Shown here: positions 28,852 through 43,304 of the stretch, piece after piece | How the letters are laid out: each line of letters begins with the position of its first letter | Position numbering within the stretch: position 1 is the first letter of the stretch | Assembly: GCA_964016885.1 (NCBI GenBank) | Contig: OZ024743.1 | Coordinates: 326,058,001 to 326,122,000 of the forward strand | From: Eledone cirrhosa | Lineage: Eukaryota | Direction: 5' to 3' | DNA: 64,000 nt | The notes under the pieces: generated by a model | The model's input: the letters and a program-made list of their open reading frames with translations, nothing else | The model's database searches: none | Told to the model about the DNA's origin: nothing | Program-made: the position numbers and the translations under genes

Positions 28852-31790
28852 TATTGTTATACTTTGGGAGGGTCATGTTGCCAATAAGAAGCACACGCAC
28901 GAGTTGCTTTCACTCCAATTTATTATAAATTAAAAAAATCTTTTTTTTTTTAAATTATGATATGTCCTTCGACTTACGACGAGTCCACGCCACGACTTTA
29001 GCTTTTAACAAACGCACGCAATTGCCGTCGCAGGTCGATGAACAAACAGAAGCACAATTTTGTATAGCTAGATCTAAACTTAGAAATATTATAGAACAGT
29101 ATAGCAAGAAGCAAAATAGAATGGAGGCCCAGCAACTGGGAGAAAGATCTGCAAATGGCTTGCGTAAGCTCATGCAGCGCTCACGTAAAGGAGAGATTAT
29201 ATGCTTTCCAACAGACAAGTCTGGCAGAATGTCGGTTGACAGTCTGTCAATCTAGGCAATGCAACACCACATCACTAACACAAGAGAAGTAACACCACAA
29301 GAGCATGAGGATAGGGAGAAAACCCTCAACGCTCATATGATGATGTGGACAAACATAATGCAGCCCAATAAACGGACTGCCAACAACTTCCAGGCCTGGA
29401 ACAATGACGTGCCAGCGTTGTATGGGCTTCGAAAAGACCATAAGACGAACAGTAACCCAGTCACAGGATCACCAACACGGCCAGTCTGTGGAGCTAACAT
29501 TGCTAGTAACTACAGACTTTCCTACTTCCTCTCCCTGATCATACGCCCCATCATTGAAATGTCGCCGGATATATGTGACAGCACGGAGCACCTCCTCAGC
29601 TGAATCAGCGAAAATAACCGATCTAGGGACCTAACAGACTATATAATAGGTAGTATGGATGTCGTGTCCCTATATCCATCCATTAACGTGGATTTTGCTG
29701 TGGAGAAATGCGTAGAAATGATCAGTGAGAGCAATGTTGAATTCCGTGGGATTGATACCAGTGAGCTGGGACTCCTACTTGAACTTACTAGTAATGATTA
29801 TCTAGATACGTAAGACCTTAGCAACCTCTGCCCCACAAGACCAGCAAGAGGCACACCACCTACCATTACCTCAATGGCCAAGAAACCCACACAGAAAGAT
29901 GGAACGGGTGGACCAGAGCCATACGGACCCCCGAAAACCACGATGAAGTAAAGAAAATGATTGCACATGCGGTGGGGGCCAGTATAAAACTAACCATTAA
30001 GGAACATATGTTCAAATTTAATGGAAAAACATATGCCCAAGAGGAGGGAACAGCCATTGGTGTTAGCATTGCAGGTGACATAGTTAACCTATTCATGGTA
30101 TGGTGGGACAATAAACTTAAAGAACAATTAAAGACAGCAACCTCTTAACCCTGATAATGTACTCTCGCTACGTTGATGATATAAACATCGTAGTAAAAAC
30201 ACCCCCACTAGAGAACAGTCAGGAATTAGAGAAAAACACCATGGAAAGCATTCAGCAAATAGCTAACTCCATCCACAAGAGTATTAGAGTTACTATATAC
30301 TACCCAAGTAAACACCCCAACCATCGATTACCTGTACTAGACACAGAGCTCTGGTTAGAAACCATTAATAACAAAAAACAAATCCTCCATTCCCATTATG
30401 CCAAACCCATGACTTCCAAATATCTGATCCACCGAAACTCAGCTGTTTCGGATCACACCAAAATCAACATACTGATTGCGGATTTAGTACGGGTGATGAG
30501 AAACGTGTCCCGCGTGTGCAACCCCAAAGAACTGGAGAGACACATACAACACTTCATCCCCCGTATGCATTTCTCTGGTTACAATCAGAGAGATAAAATC
30601 AGAGTATATAGAGGAGCCAGAACAAAATGGGAAAAAATGGTAAATAATAATACAAATGGGACCTGCCCCTTGTATAGGAGCAAATTTGGGAATAGAATAG
30701 AAAGAACTAGGAATAAGGTTAATAGAATAAACTCATGGTATGATAGCAATAAATACCAGAGTGTAATGTTCATCAATACAGCCCCTAAAGGTGAATTAGC
30801 TTACAAATTTAGAAGGGTCCTAGATAAAATTAAACTTAATATTAAGAGAGTAGAAAGACCAGATACCTCCATAAAAACACTTATTAGTAATACATACGCT
30901 TTCCAAAGACCTCCCTATATAGATAAGAAATGCATAATCTGTAAACTAAGCCCCCATATTAACTGTAAAACTAGAAACATAGTATATAGCATAAGATGTA
31001 CTGAAGGACAATGTAAAGATAAGAATATAGTGTACATAGGTGAGACAGCTCGTAGTATAGGAGAACGGTTAAATGAACACTGGCGAGAGCTTCGAGATAG
31101 AAAAGAATCACCAATACTCCACCAACATGCTAAAATAGAACATAAGGGCAAATTAGAGAACATAGAAATAAAAATAAAATCTACACACAGAAAATACGCA
31201 ATGTTTAGAGAAATCACAGATGCAATAAACATAAATGAACTCCAACCAAAATTAAATAGAAAACATGAATGGAATAACAACATCACAACTTACAATTAAG
31301 GACAAAATGAAAACACACACACATAGAACAAACAACTAACTAGTAACATGTAAATAAACAAATAAATAAACAAATAAAAACACACACAGACACCCGGATG
31401 TAACACATGCGCAAACTAAGCACACAACACACACACAAAAACAAGATGGCGTGGGACAGAACAAAGGAGAGGCACAAAACAAAGAAAAGAATCCCCAGTC
31501 ACTGAAGAGGTCACAGAAAGTGTGACGAAAGAACTTTGACAATATATGAACAACCGTCCGGTTGTGGAACCAACCAACAAACCGGAAATTTATGAAAAAT
31601 AATAAAAAAATTTTTTGAAAAGATTTTTATTTTGAAAAGATTTTTTTAATTTATAATAAATTGGAGTGAAAGCAACTGGTGCGTGTGTTTCTTATTGGCA
31701 ACATGCCCCCCCCCTCCCCCAAGTATAACAATATCGGTTTCAACACACGTTTTCCGATAAAGAATCTTGCTAAACAAATTCAGAAACGAT
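28852..31790 (+). mobile_element. Penelope-like element, probably Naiad clade, disrupted
   Basis: PTDKSG, LYGLRKDHK, PTRPV, SMDVVSLYPS, GTAIG, RYVDD, NCKTRNIVY, YIGETARSIGER..EH; about 100-bp inverted copy of the 3' end at 28852-28950; (TA)n flanks. Confidence 0.85.
31498..31540 (+). ncRNA. Hammerhead ribozyme in the 3' UTR of the PLE
   Basis: GTCA-CTGAAGA-G-GTCACA-GAAAG-TGTGAC-GAAA-GAAC-TT-TGAC. Confidence 0.8.
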
Positions 31791-32038
31791 ATATATATAT
31801 ACATATATATATACATGTATATATATACATACATATATATATATATGTATATATATATATACATACATATATATATATATATACATACATATATATATAC
31901 ATATATATGCATACATATATATATATACATACATATATATATACATACATATAAATATACATACATATATATATATACATACATATATATATACATACAT
32001 ATAAATATACATATATATATATACATATATATACATAC

Positions 32039-32197
<159 letters not shown>

Positions 32198-32236
32198 CAT
32201 ACATATATATATATACATACATACATATATGTATAC

Positions 32237-32359
<123 letters not shown>

Positions 32360-33227
32360 ATATATATAGTTTATCAAATGATTCTATGGACTTACTTTCT
32401 TATATATTGCTCCGATTGTTGATTATTTAATCAATTAATTCGTCATTGAGCCACACCGTGAATGGTTGCCAAAAACATATATATATATATATATATATAT
32501 ATGGCGCTTTCTAGTTTATGTATATGTAAATCTATATATTTTATATACTCCCGTAAGGTTGAGTAAAACTTTAGGCAGTATTCGGCTGCGCTTTCTAGCA
32601 ATCAGCCTACTCGTCGTCAGGCACCAATCACAAGCTTTCTGACTTGACCACTGGCCATGTGACAATTCTTAGCCATTTTGAAATCGTTTCTGGCGGGGAA
32701 CATTTAAGAAAAATCTTTGTCCACTTGAGTTTGTTTCCTGATGATTTCGAAATTCGTTGATTTATCCATGATCGGATATTTCCAAAAGGCGAATGAAACC
32801 TCCGGGAGTAGAAACATGATTTTCGTATGTTTATGTACATTTTTTCTTCTAACTTTGATTTTGTACCTAATTGTGTATGGTTAACTATATGTCTAGTCAA
32901 TTTCTACGGGCTATTAGAAATACTGGGTAAATCTTCTGTGGCTGTGGATCGCGGATAAAATAGCTATCATTTATTTATCTATTGTTTCTTCATAGGTACA
33001 TTTTAAGCTTATAGCCTCGTTTAATTGATTTTTTGTGTGGTTGATTATGCTGATTGGGAGAAGAAATACTGTATATATTTTATCAAATGATTCTATGAAC
33101 TTACTTTCTTATATATGTATATATATACACATATATATACATATATATATATATATATACATACATACATATATATATATATATACATATATATATACAT
33201 ACATACATATATACATAGATATATATA

Positions 33228-34312
33228 TATTAAGATAAGCAGAACAAGTCAAATTCAACCAATTTTTCAAAATAAATTACAAAATATAATATAAATATTT
33301 ACCTCTTCTAATGGCCCTTACTGATCAGTTTCGCTTTGTAAAACCCCAGAAATCCGATGGATATCTGATGGAAAACCAAAGCTCATCAGAGAAGCATTTT
33401 CCTTTCCTAGGGCTAAAAGACCCAGGAACGATAAAATATATGACCTCCTGCCAGCTAACACAGGTCTGAAAGGTCGTGAAAGTGACCCGTATGTAAACTC
33501 GTCCGAAGTAAAAGCGGGAAACCACACACTTGGTGTCTATAATTACTACTAAAAAAAATAGCAGCTAAATAGAACAACAGATTTGTTCTCTACATAACGG
33601 AGAATAATGAATGAAGTTAATATGTCCAAGGATACTAAGTACCCCTAGAAATACATAGGTTGTCTATGATTCATGGTTGTTCAATGGTATTAATTTGATA
33701 TACCAGAACTTTAATATTAAGATAAGCAGAACAAGTAAAATTCAACCAATTTTTCCAACCTTGAATCATAGACAACCTATGTATTTCTAGGGGTACTTAG
33801 TATCCTTGGACATATTAACTTCATTCATTATTCTCCGTTATGTAGAGAACAAATCTGTTGTTCTATTTAGCTGCTATTTTTTTTAGTAGTAATTATAGAC
33901 ACCAAGTGTGTGGTTTCCCGCTTTTACTTCGGACCGGTTTACATACGGGTCACTTTCACGACCTTTCAGACCTGTGTTAGCTGGCAGGAGGTCATATATT
34001 TTATCGTTCCTGGGTCTTTTAGCCCTAGGAAAGGAAAATGCTTCTCTGATGAGCTTTGGTTTTCCATCAGATATCCATCGGATTTCTGGGGTTTTACAAA
34101 GCGAAACTGATCAGTAAGGGCCATTAGAAGAGGTAAATATTTATGTTATATTTTTTAATTTATTTTGAAAAATTGATTGAATTTTACTTGTTCTGCTTAT
34201 CTTAATATTAAAGTTCTGGTATATCAAATTAATACCATTGAACAACCTTGAATCATAGACAACCTATGTATTTCTAGGGGTACTTAGTATCCTTGGACAT
34301 ATTAACTTCATT

Positions 34313-34315
<3 letters not shown>
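33228..34315. mobile_element. 487-bp hammerhead-bearing unit in inverted, circularly permuted copies
   Basis: TAAGATAAGCAGAACAAG recurs at about 33231 and 33718; AACCTTGAATCATAGAC recurs at 33757 and 34244; inversion point near 33757. Confidence 0.85.
34042..34120 (+). ncRNA. Hammerhead ribozyme (mirror copy at 33314-33393, minus strand)
   Basis: TTCT-CTGATGA-GCTTTG..CAAAGC-GAAA-CTGATCAG-TA-AGGG. Confidence 0.82.
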
Positions 34316-34382
<67 letters not shown>

Positions 34383-34384
34383 TA

Positions 34385-34833
34385 TGGTGGCTGCCAACTC
34401 GTTTTCGTGTACGGTCACTACTTTATATCCATGTAGGAAAACCCCTACCGATGCGCTAAACAAGTGTGACTTTTTAGTCCAGCCAGCGACTTGAAAACTC
34501 TGGTATAAACACTATACCTGTGACAATTATTGACACAGGCCCATGGTACCATGTGACGACAAGGGCAGAGAGATCTCCAGATATAAAGCAATGCCTGTGC
34601 CGTGAACTTTTATAGTGAGCAAAGGCACTGCACAAAGCCAGTCCCACTCTCTTAACCAAGATTATATTTACCAAAAAGAACAAGTCAACATCATTGGATA
34701 CTATCAGGGTTTTAGGTGTTATATCAGAGTTTTCCTTCTCCTAGAATTCTGCCTTGACAAAGGCTAAGGAGTCATCTCTCCCGGTGATTTTGGATGGCCA
34801 TTGACTCTTAAGAGCTCCTTTGCCCTTTGACAG
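34385..34833 (-). mobile_element. RTE-like non-autonomous retroposon copy
   Basis: Matches the left ~460 bp of 240-848 with small deletions. Confidence 0.7.
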
Positions 34834-35678
34834 TGTAGTGACTGAGATGGTCGCTTAGCAACTAGCAGTTGCCTCCCCTTAATAACTCTTCAGAGAGCGG
34901 AGGCAAGACACATCCGGTCACAGACGCTGGTTTCAACAGACGTGAAAGGATTCGCTCCTGATTAAAGATTAACTATGCTGTCTTCGTAAAAGACGATGTT
35001 AAAATGCCCTCCTTCGGATCAAGGACGCTACGATATCTCGACGAATAGGCATTTGCTTATGTCTTCGTTATTTCTGTACCGGAGAATATATTACACCCTT
35101 TTTTTATTAACCCACAAGGTATGTTTAAATTGATGTTGTAGGAAATTTATTAAATATCACATTTAATAAAAGATCGTTAAATTTTGATTGTTCACCCCCT
35201 TTCTGGAGTCATTTATTCATACAAAGAGAAACGATGAATTGTCCATTCATCGACAAACATTCGTTTCCTTTATTGGTGACCTCGACGTGATTCCAATACG
35301 CGGATACTAAAAAAAAAAAATTTTTTTTTTCTTTGGTTTGAATCCAAACCTTTTTTTCAAAAAAAGAAAAAAAAAAAAAAAAATTAGATGATTTCTAAAC
35401 TATGTTCGCTGTTCACACTGTAAAAATTTAGGCAGTTTGATTGGCTGCATCGTGCCAACAAAATAGCCCCTTTATCTCCTTCCGACCCCTACCCCACCTC
35501 AACCTGAAACACGGCACTATGGTTATGTAAGGACCTCTGACCTATCTGCATTTTCTGCCTGTGGAGCTGTTTTTATGTGCCTGTGTATATACGTATATTT
35601 ATGAGTACATGTTTGTATGTATTTGTATGAGTGGCCGTTCGTTTGTATGCATATGGGTATGTTTGTGTATGTTTGTGT

Positions 35679-35770
<92 letters not shown>

Positions 35771-35845
35771 ATATATATATGTATATCTATATATATATGT
35801 GTGTGTGTGTATATATATATATGTGTGTATGTCTGTGTATATATA

Positions 35846-35886
<41 letters not shown>

Positions 35887-36029
35887 ATATGTATATGTGT
35901 ATATGTGTATATATTTGTATGTGTATGTATGTATATGTGTATATATGTATATATATATATGTATATGAGTATGTATATGAATATGTATATATATGTATAT
36001 GTATGTGTGTGTATATGTGTGTGTGTATG

Positions 36030-36084
<55 letters not shown>

Positions 36085-36086
36085 CT

Positions 36087-36152
<66 letters not shown>

Positions 36153-36205
36153 ATATGTGTATGTATATATGTGTATATGTATATATATGTGTGTTTATAT
36201 ATACG

Positions 36206-36256
<51 letters not shown>

Positions 36257-37075
36257 ATATATATGTATGTATGTGTATATGTATATATGTATGTGTATAT
36301 GTATATATGTGTATATATGTGTATATATGTGTATATATGTGTATATATGTGTGTATATGTATATATATGTGTATATGTATATATATATGTATGTGTGTAT
36401 GTATGTATATGTATATATAAATATGTATATATATATGTATGTGTATGTGTATATATATATGTATGTATATTTGTATATATGTGTATGTATATGTGTGTAT
36501 ATATATATATATGTGTGTGTATTTATATATACTTATGTATATGTATATATATGCGTATATATGTATATATATATATATGTGTGTGTGTATATATATATGT
36601 ACGTGTATATGTATATATGTGTATATATATGTGTATATATGTGTGTATATGTGTGTGTATATGTATATATATGTATATGTATATATATGTATATATATAT
36701 GTATATATATATATATACATATATATGTGTATGTATATATATGTGTATATGTATATGTATATATATATATATGTATGTATATGTATATATATATGTATAT
36801 GTATATATATGTATATATTTATGTATATATATATATATGTATATGTGTATATATATGTATATATATATGTATGTATATGTATATATGTATGTGTATGTAT
36901 ATGTATATGTATGTATGTATATGTATGTGTATATATGTATACGTATATATACATGTATGTATATGTATACATATATATATATGTGTGTGTATATGTATAT
37001 ATCTATATGTATATATATAGATATGTATATGTATGTGTGTATATGTATATATGTATATATGTATATATATATATG

Positions 37076-37106
<31 letters not shown>

Positions 37107-37130
37107 GTATATATATATGTATATATATAT

Positions 37131-37161
<31 letters not shown>

Positions 37162-37275
37162 TATATATATATGTATATATATATATATGTATATATGTAT
37201 ATGTATATATGTATATGTATATATGTATATGTATATATATATATGTATATATATATATATGTATATATGTATATA

Positions 37276-37314
<39 letters not shown>

Positions 37315-37569
37315 ATATATGTATATGTATATATGTATGTATATGTATATATATATGTGTGTATATATATATATATATGTATATATATATGTGTATATAT
37401 GTATGTATATATGTGTATATGTGTATGTATATGTGTGTATATATATATCTGTATATGTGTGTATATATATATGTATATATATGTATATATGTATGTATAT
37501 ATATATATGTATATATATATGTATATATAAGTGTGTATGTGTATATATATGTGTGTGTGTATATATATT

Positions 37570-37634
<65 letters not shown>

Positions 37635-37636
<2 letters not shown>

Positions 37637-37992
37637 GGTCCCTCCCACCACTTGCGACTGCTGGACTAGAAGACAGCCGAGAATATATACTTTGCTCGTC
37701 TGTGTAAATGAGGTGATTAATCTCATTTGCATATGAAGCTGCATAAGTTGGTTCAACTTATAATAAAAAAGAAATAGGATTTCGCTTCAAGCATAGCTTT
37801 ATCTCGGCTGTCTTCTAGTCCAGCAGTCGCAAGCGGTGGGAGGGACCGTCCTGACGAAGGCCAGTTAAGCCTGAAATGCATAGACGGTTGTCCCCCTTGC
37901 TTCTGCTGGACATCACCAGATGGCGTTAGCCCTCCGGTGTTTGCATAGCTACGGCTTCCTAAAACCGTACTTCCTTGGAGATACGAAATATT
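37635..37992. mobile_element. Second locus of the 323-bp unit, inverted pair, with hammerhead at 37845-37888 (+)
   Basis: ACCGTC-CTGACGA-AGGC-CAGTTAA-GCCT-GAAA-TGCAT-A-GACGGT. Confidence 0.85.
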
Positions 37993-38026
<34 letters not shown>

Positions 38027-38043
38027 CATATATATATACATAC

Positions 38044-38216
<173 letters not shown>

Positions 38217-38267
38217 CATACTTATATATACATATACATATATATATACATACATATATATACATAC

Positions 38268-39108
38268 AAAACAAATTGACCAGTTTGCAGAAATAGTTGT
38301 ACATGGATACTTGAGACGTAAAACACAGACCATAGAGAGGATAAACCACTCATAAAGCCTGGCATGGAGTTCCGACAAGTTTATGACATCACACCTTGAG
38401 GGATATCTCTATGCAATACAGGAACAAGAACTCCCTACCAAATATCTGCTGCACACAAGAGGAGGGTCATCAGCTGACAATAAATGTAGGCTATGTAAAA
38501 CAAAGATCGAAGATGTAAGCCACACTATTGCCAGCTGCGAAAGAATGTCATCTCGCTACTACCTCCCCATGAGACACGATGGGATAGCTAGAACCATCTG
38601 GAACGCACTTCGGAAAACAAAATTAACAACAAACGAGGAAGAATATATTGAGACAGATGGCACTAAGGAATACTGGTGGAACCTGAAAATAAAAACTGCC
38701 ACCAAATTAAAGCACAACCGGCCTGATATTGTTGTTTGGGACCACACATTCAAAACGTGTTCTGTTGTGGAGATCAGCTGCCCACTTGATGTAAACGTTG
38801 TCAGAAAAATACAGGAGAAGGAGGACATCTACGGACCATTGATGAGGAGTTTACAAATCCAGTATCATTATTGGAGCTACGCGTTATATACCAACCCGCT
38901 TGGACCAAAGTATGACTGAACTTGGATTTGCGGACAAAGAGCGCAGCTCCCTAATTCATAGTCTACAAATGGCTGCGATATCTGGCACCTTCAAAATTTG
39001 CAAAACATTCTTGCGATTCAAGGGATGACAATTTCTTTTCTTTTACAACCTTGCCACCAGGAAGGTGGCCGGTCAAAAAATATACTTGAAATTAAGAGAA
39101 AGAGATAA
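38268..39108 (+). mobile_element. 5'-truncated R4/Dong LINE, second family (RLE domain)
   Basis: CRLC..HTIASC..RHD, HNRPDIVVWD..VEISCP; CATA-type flanks. Confidence 0.88.
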
Positions 39109-39155
39109 CATATACATACATACATATATATATACATATATATATATATGCATAC

Positions 39156-39202
<47 letters not shown>

Positions 39203-39468
39203 CATATATATATACATACATATATATATATATAGTATTAAGGATACTATTTATGGTTATGTATGTAATAAAACCTTTTATGGTAATATATTTTTTATAC
39301 AAACCTTAAATAGTGAAAGATAGTCATTAATTACTATCTTAATTTTGCGGGTGATATGGCGCATGTCGTTCTGGCATGACACCCATAATTTTGATTTAGA
39401 TTAAATTCATTTGATTTATCTTAATTTTGGAAATACATATATATATATACATATATATATACATACAT

Positions 39469-39501
<33 letters not shown>

Positions 39502-39607
39502 GATTAATCATATTATAAGGTATCTATTTTTGAAGTTCTGGTCAACTTTATTTAGTTACCTACCTAGCTATGTGTGCTTATACACTTGTAAAAATTATCT
39601 CCTTATC

Positions 39608-40010
39608 TACTTTAAAACAATAGCTTGCGGTCTTCAAAATGCTTTTAATTAAGCATAAAGTGTATTGCAAAATACATTATATATACATCCATATATATAT
39701 TGCTATTTCAGAGCTCCAATTCTAATTTTTAATTTCTGCCTGACCAACAACCGCTCTGTATAATCAGTTCCTGATTATTTACTAGAATTCTATAAGAATA
39801 TAACATCAGTGATCTCGGCAGACAGGGGGGAGTAGTTAGCCTTGATAAGCTTCAACAAAAGCGAAACAAGGCCTTGTCGGCTTATCTCCCCTGTTTGCTG
39901 AGATCAAAGTGAGTGAATTTGTCAATACTTTAAAACAATAGCTTACGGTCTTCAAAATGCTTTTAATTAAGCATAAAGTGTATTGCAAAATACATTATAT
40001 ATACATCCAT
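39608..40010 (+). mobile_element. 318-bp-period unit containing a hammerhead motif (39811-39905)
   Basis: TACTTTAAAACAATAGC at 39608 and 39926; AGCC-TTGATAA-GCTT..AAGC-GAAA-CAAGGCCTTG-TC-GGCT inside a long closing stem. Confidence 0.7.
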
Positions 40011-40136
40011 ATATATATATATATATATATATACGCATATACATACATACATACACACACACATATATATATATACATATATATATATACATATATATCT
40101 TTACATACATATATATATATACGCATATACATACAT

Positions 40137-40187
<51 letters not shown>

Positions 40188-40240
40188 CATATATATCTTT
40201 ACATACATATATATATATATATATACGCATATACATACAT

Positions 40241-40279
<39 letters not shown>

Positions 40280-40340
40280 CATATATATATACATATATAT
40301 CTTTACATACATATATATATATATACGCATATACATACAT

Positions 40341-40381
<41 letters not shown>

Positions 40382-40420
40382 TATCTTTACATACATATAT
40401 ATATACGCATATACATACAT

Positions 40421-40458
<38 letters not shown>

Positions 40459-40528
40459 ACATATATATATATATACACATATATATCTTTACATACATAT
40501 ATATATATATATACGCATATACATACAT

Positions 40529-40587
<59 letters not shown>

Positions 40588-41689
40588 CGTATTCAGTACA
40601 TAGAATATGATGTGAATTTGATAAGACCATAGGTTACTTAAATTCCTATGTATTAGTTTATGGTCTCCAATTTCTTAACGCATTATTTGCGCGACAGGTG
40701 TTTAAAATGGTAATCGCCTAATTTTTACCTTTATGTAGAACTGGGTTGAGTTTCCTGCTGATCGAATCCGATTGGAAATCTCTTTATGCCCTTTGGAAAT
40801 TGAAAGTAGCTTGGTCGAATAATTAATCAGTTCACTTTGCAATCAATAGCCCCGGGTTCTATCATACTCCGTGGCATTTTGAGTAAGTGTTGTTTATCAT
40901 AGCCTCGCGTCGACCAAGGAAACATGGTAGACGGTGGCTGTTTGGAAACCCGTCGGATGGGCTCTACGTGCCATTCAAGAGGCCGCCTTTTCAGACCTGT
41001 CAACTCTCCGACGGAGAGATCTCCCACCTACTTTCAGGTGGGTGAGAGATGTTTTTCATTATGTAAAATCTCCCCATTTTGCCTCATTTCTCCCCGTTTG
41101 GGGACACTTTTTTCATGGTACTCCCTGTTTGGGTTTTTAGACGTCTGTCTTTGTCACGAACACTCGCGGTGTCATGCAGAATTTCCTTGAGAATTAAGTT
41201 AAGGTGTCTGTGGAATGCTCAGCCACTTACATATTAATTTCCGTTAATAAGATGTTCCGTTAATCGAACAACTTGAAGATTCATCGTCCAAACCGAGGGA
41301 GGACCATCATTCCATTATTTTTTTTTTAAATAGATTTATACGGCTATTTTAGAACAGATAAATTCAATGGATTTAAATTCTCAACGCAGAGATTTGCTAC
41401 CGCTGCCGTGTATTGAAACTGAACCAATACATTATGGAAGAGACATTGTGGCCATCGAAAAAACACGATATACAGTTACGGTCACGTTATTTTCATTGTA
41501 GCTACGACGGAATGAGTGATCAGGTATCGGAGGTGGGATGAAAAGGTTGATACCTCGAAATAAATGAAAAGTGAATATAACAATGTGTGTGTGTACGTTC
41601 TAAATGACTAAAATGGCTCTTCCAATATCGAATTTCAACTGTATAATATATTTATATAATATTCACCTTGCATTGGTGTACGATTAGAG

Positions 41690-42115
41690 GGTAGTGGATT
41701 GGCAGTATCGGTAGAGCGTCGGACAACATGCTTTGCAGCATAGAGTTACGGCCTTTTCCGTTCTGCGTTCAAATCCCGCCGAGGTTATAGCTTTGCCTTT
41801 CATCCTTACGGGGTCGATAAAATAAAGTACCAGTTACGCACTGGTGTCGATTTAATTGACTTTCCCCTCCTCCAAAATTGCTGGCCTTGTGCCTAAATCA
41901 GAAACCATTATTAATTGTTTAAGGCGGTGGATTGGCAGTATCGGTAGAGCGTCGGATGCCATGCTTTCCAGCATAGTTACGTCCCTTTACGATCTGAGTT
42001 CAAATCCCGCCGAGGTTAACTTTGCCTTTCATCCTTACGGGGTCGATAAAATAAAGTACCAGTAATGCACTGGATAATTGCTGGCCATGTGCCTAAAGTA
42101 GAAACAATTATTAAT
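41690..42115 (+). mobile_element. Two tandem tRNA-SINE copies
   Basis: Same family as 23280-23840. Confidence 0.8.
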
Positions 42116-43304
42116 TGTTTAACCCTACCAGTATAACTGTAATACGAAAGTTAATTTCACTGGAGTTATTTAAGATACATTTTGTCGGTTGTCGTACGAC
42201 AAGCTGCTTCGTCTCAATATTATTATAACGGTGTAAACAAGGTAGGAACATGGTTTCTTAAGTATATCATGAAAAAGAATGAGAGGAAATACCGACGGTC
42301 GGTATGCCTGAGCTGGGCAGTGGGGTGAGCTCCTGATGGTCTACTAAATGGCTCAAATAGGTTATGTTTATCATCTCTGCCGGCCAAACTCCCTCCCATG
42401 CGTCCCTGTCACGGCACTGGCTGTAACAAATTAGGTTGGGCGTGAAGCGGGAGCTCGGCGTTATAACCGATGTAATGCTTGGATTACACTAACCTAAAGT
42501 ACATATACTTGCAGCTGGGCATCGCTTGTGAAACCAATCGCCTGAAGTAACTCCATTGAAATGAACTTACACCGTGAATTCCTTCAATGGAGTTGGCTCA
42601 ACCCACTCTGTGTGAACGTGTCACATGGACTAGTACAATGAGGGGAAGACTGTTTTTTGCAATCACATCTTTATTTGCAATCACATCTTTAATTCTGAAT
42701 ACACACATTTGATAATGAACATTTATAATAATTACAAACGCTAATTGAAGAGAGAGAGAATATAGATTTCTATTAACTCTTAAAATCATTGTGGAAAATT
42801 TGTAGTATTATAGTAAAAACTCAATATCTAATGTGATACAGTTATAGTGCTGCTTTGTACTTTTATGTCTCTTTTTAATGCGGTTTTATGCGGTACAGGA
42901 CGTTAAGAGATAATACTCATATATTTTGAGTCAGAGCAAGGCCAATTTTTGTAGAGAAGGGTGTAATTGATTGCATTTACCCAAGTATAAAATGATATAT
43001 ATTTACATCTGATTATTTTCCCAGCACCAAATGGAATGGAAGCTGATTTCTAACTGAGTGGTACTAAAATAATTGTAGTAAAACATTCAATCCGGAGCAG
43101 TTTGATGTCTGGACCAATCCCAACTACACTTGGATTTCTGATGATAATGTCACATTCATGTAGACCACGTAATATGACGGCTGCGGCCTGGTGACGTCAA
43201 TCACCCCGTATCAGTAACTGGTGTAGGCTGGTTGTTATGCTGGGAGTGTTTGGGTATGATTTTGAAGGGTATAATTGTTTTGTTTTGTTTTTATATATAT
43301 AGTA

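Noticed and set aside
29601-29603. In-frame TGA in the Naiad-like RT as selenocysteine
   Set aside because: More simply a CGA-to-TGA decay; the copy also has TAA/TAG stops and frameshifts, and no SECIS was recognised.
32575-32630. Minus-strand CTGACGA..GAAAGCGC as a hammerhead
   Set aside because: No NUH site or closing stem I found.
34834-34938. Possible short solo LTR (TG..CA)
   Set aside because: No TSD or second copy visible.
35561-37756. Long YIYI/VCVC ORFs of up to 701 aa (also at 27.4-28.3, 31.6-32.2 and 40.0-40.6 kb)
   Set aside because: Translations of TA/TG/CA microsatellites that lack stop codons by composition.
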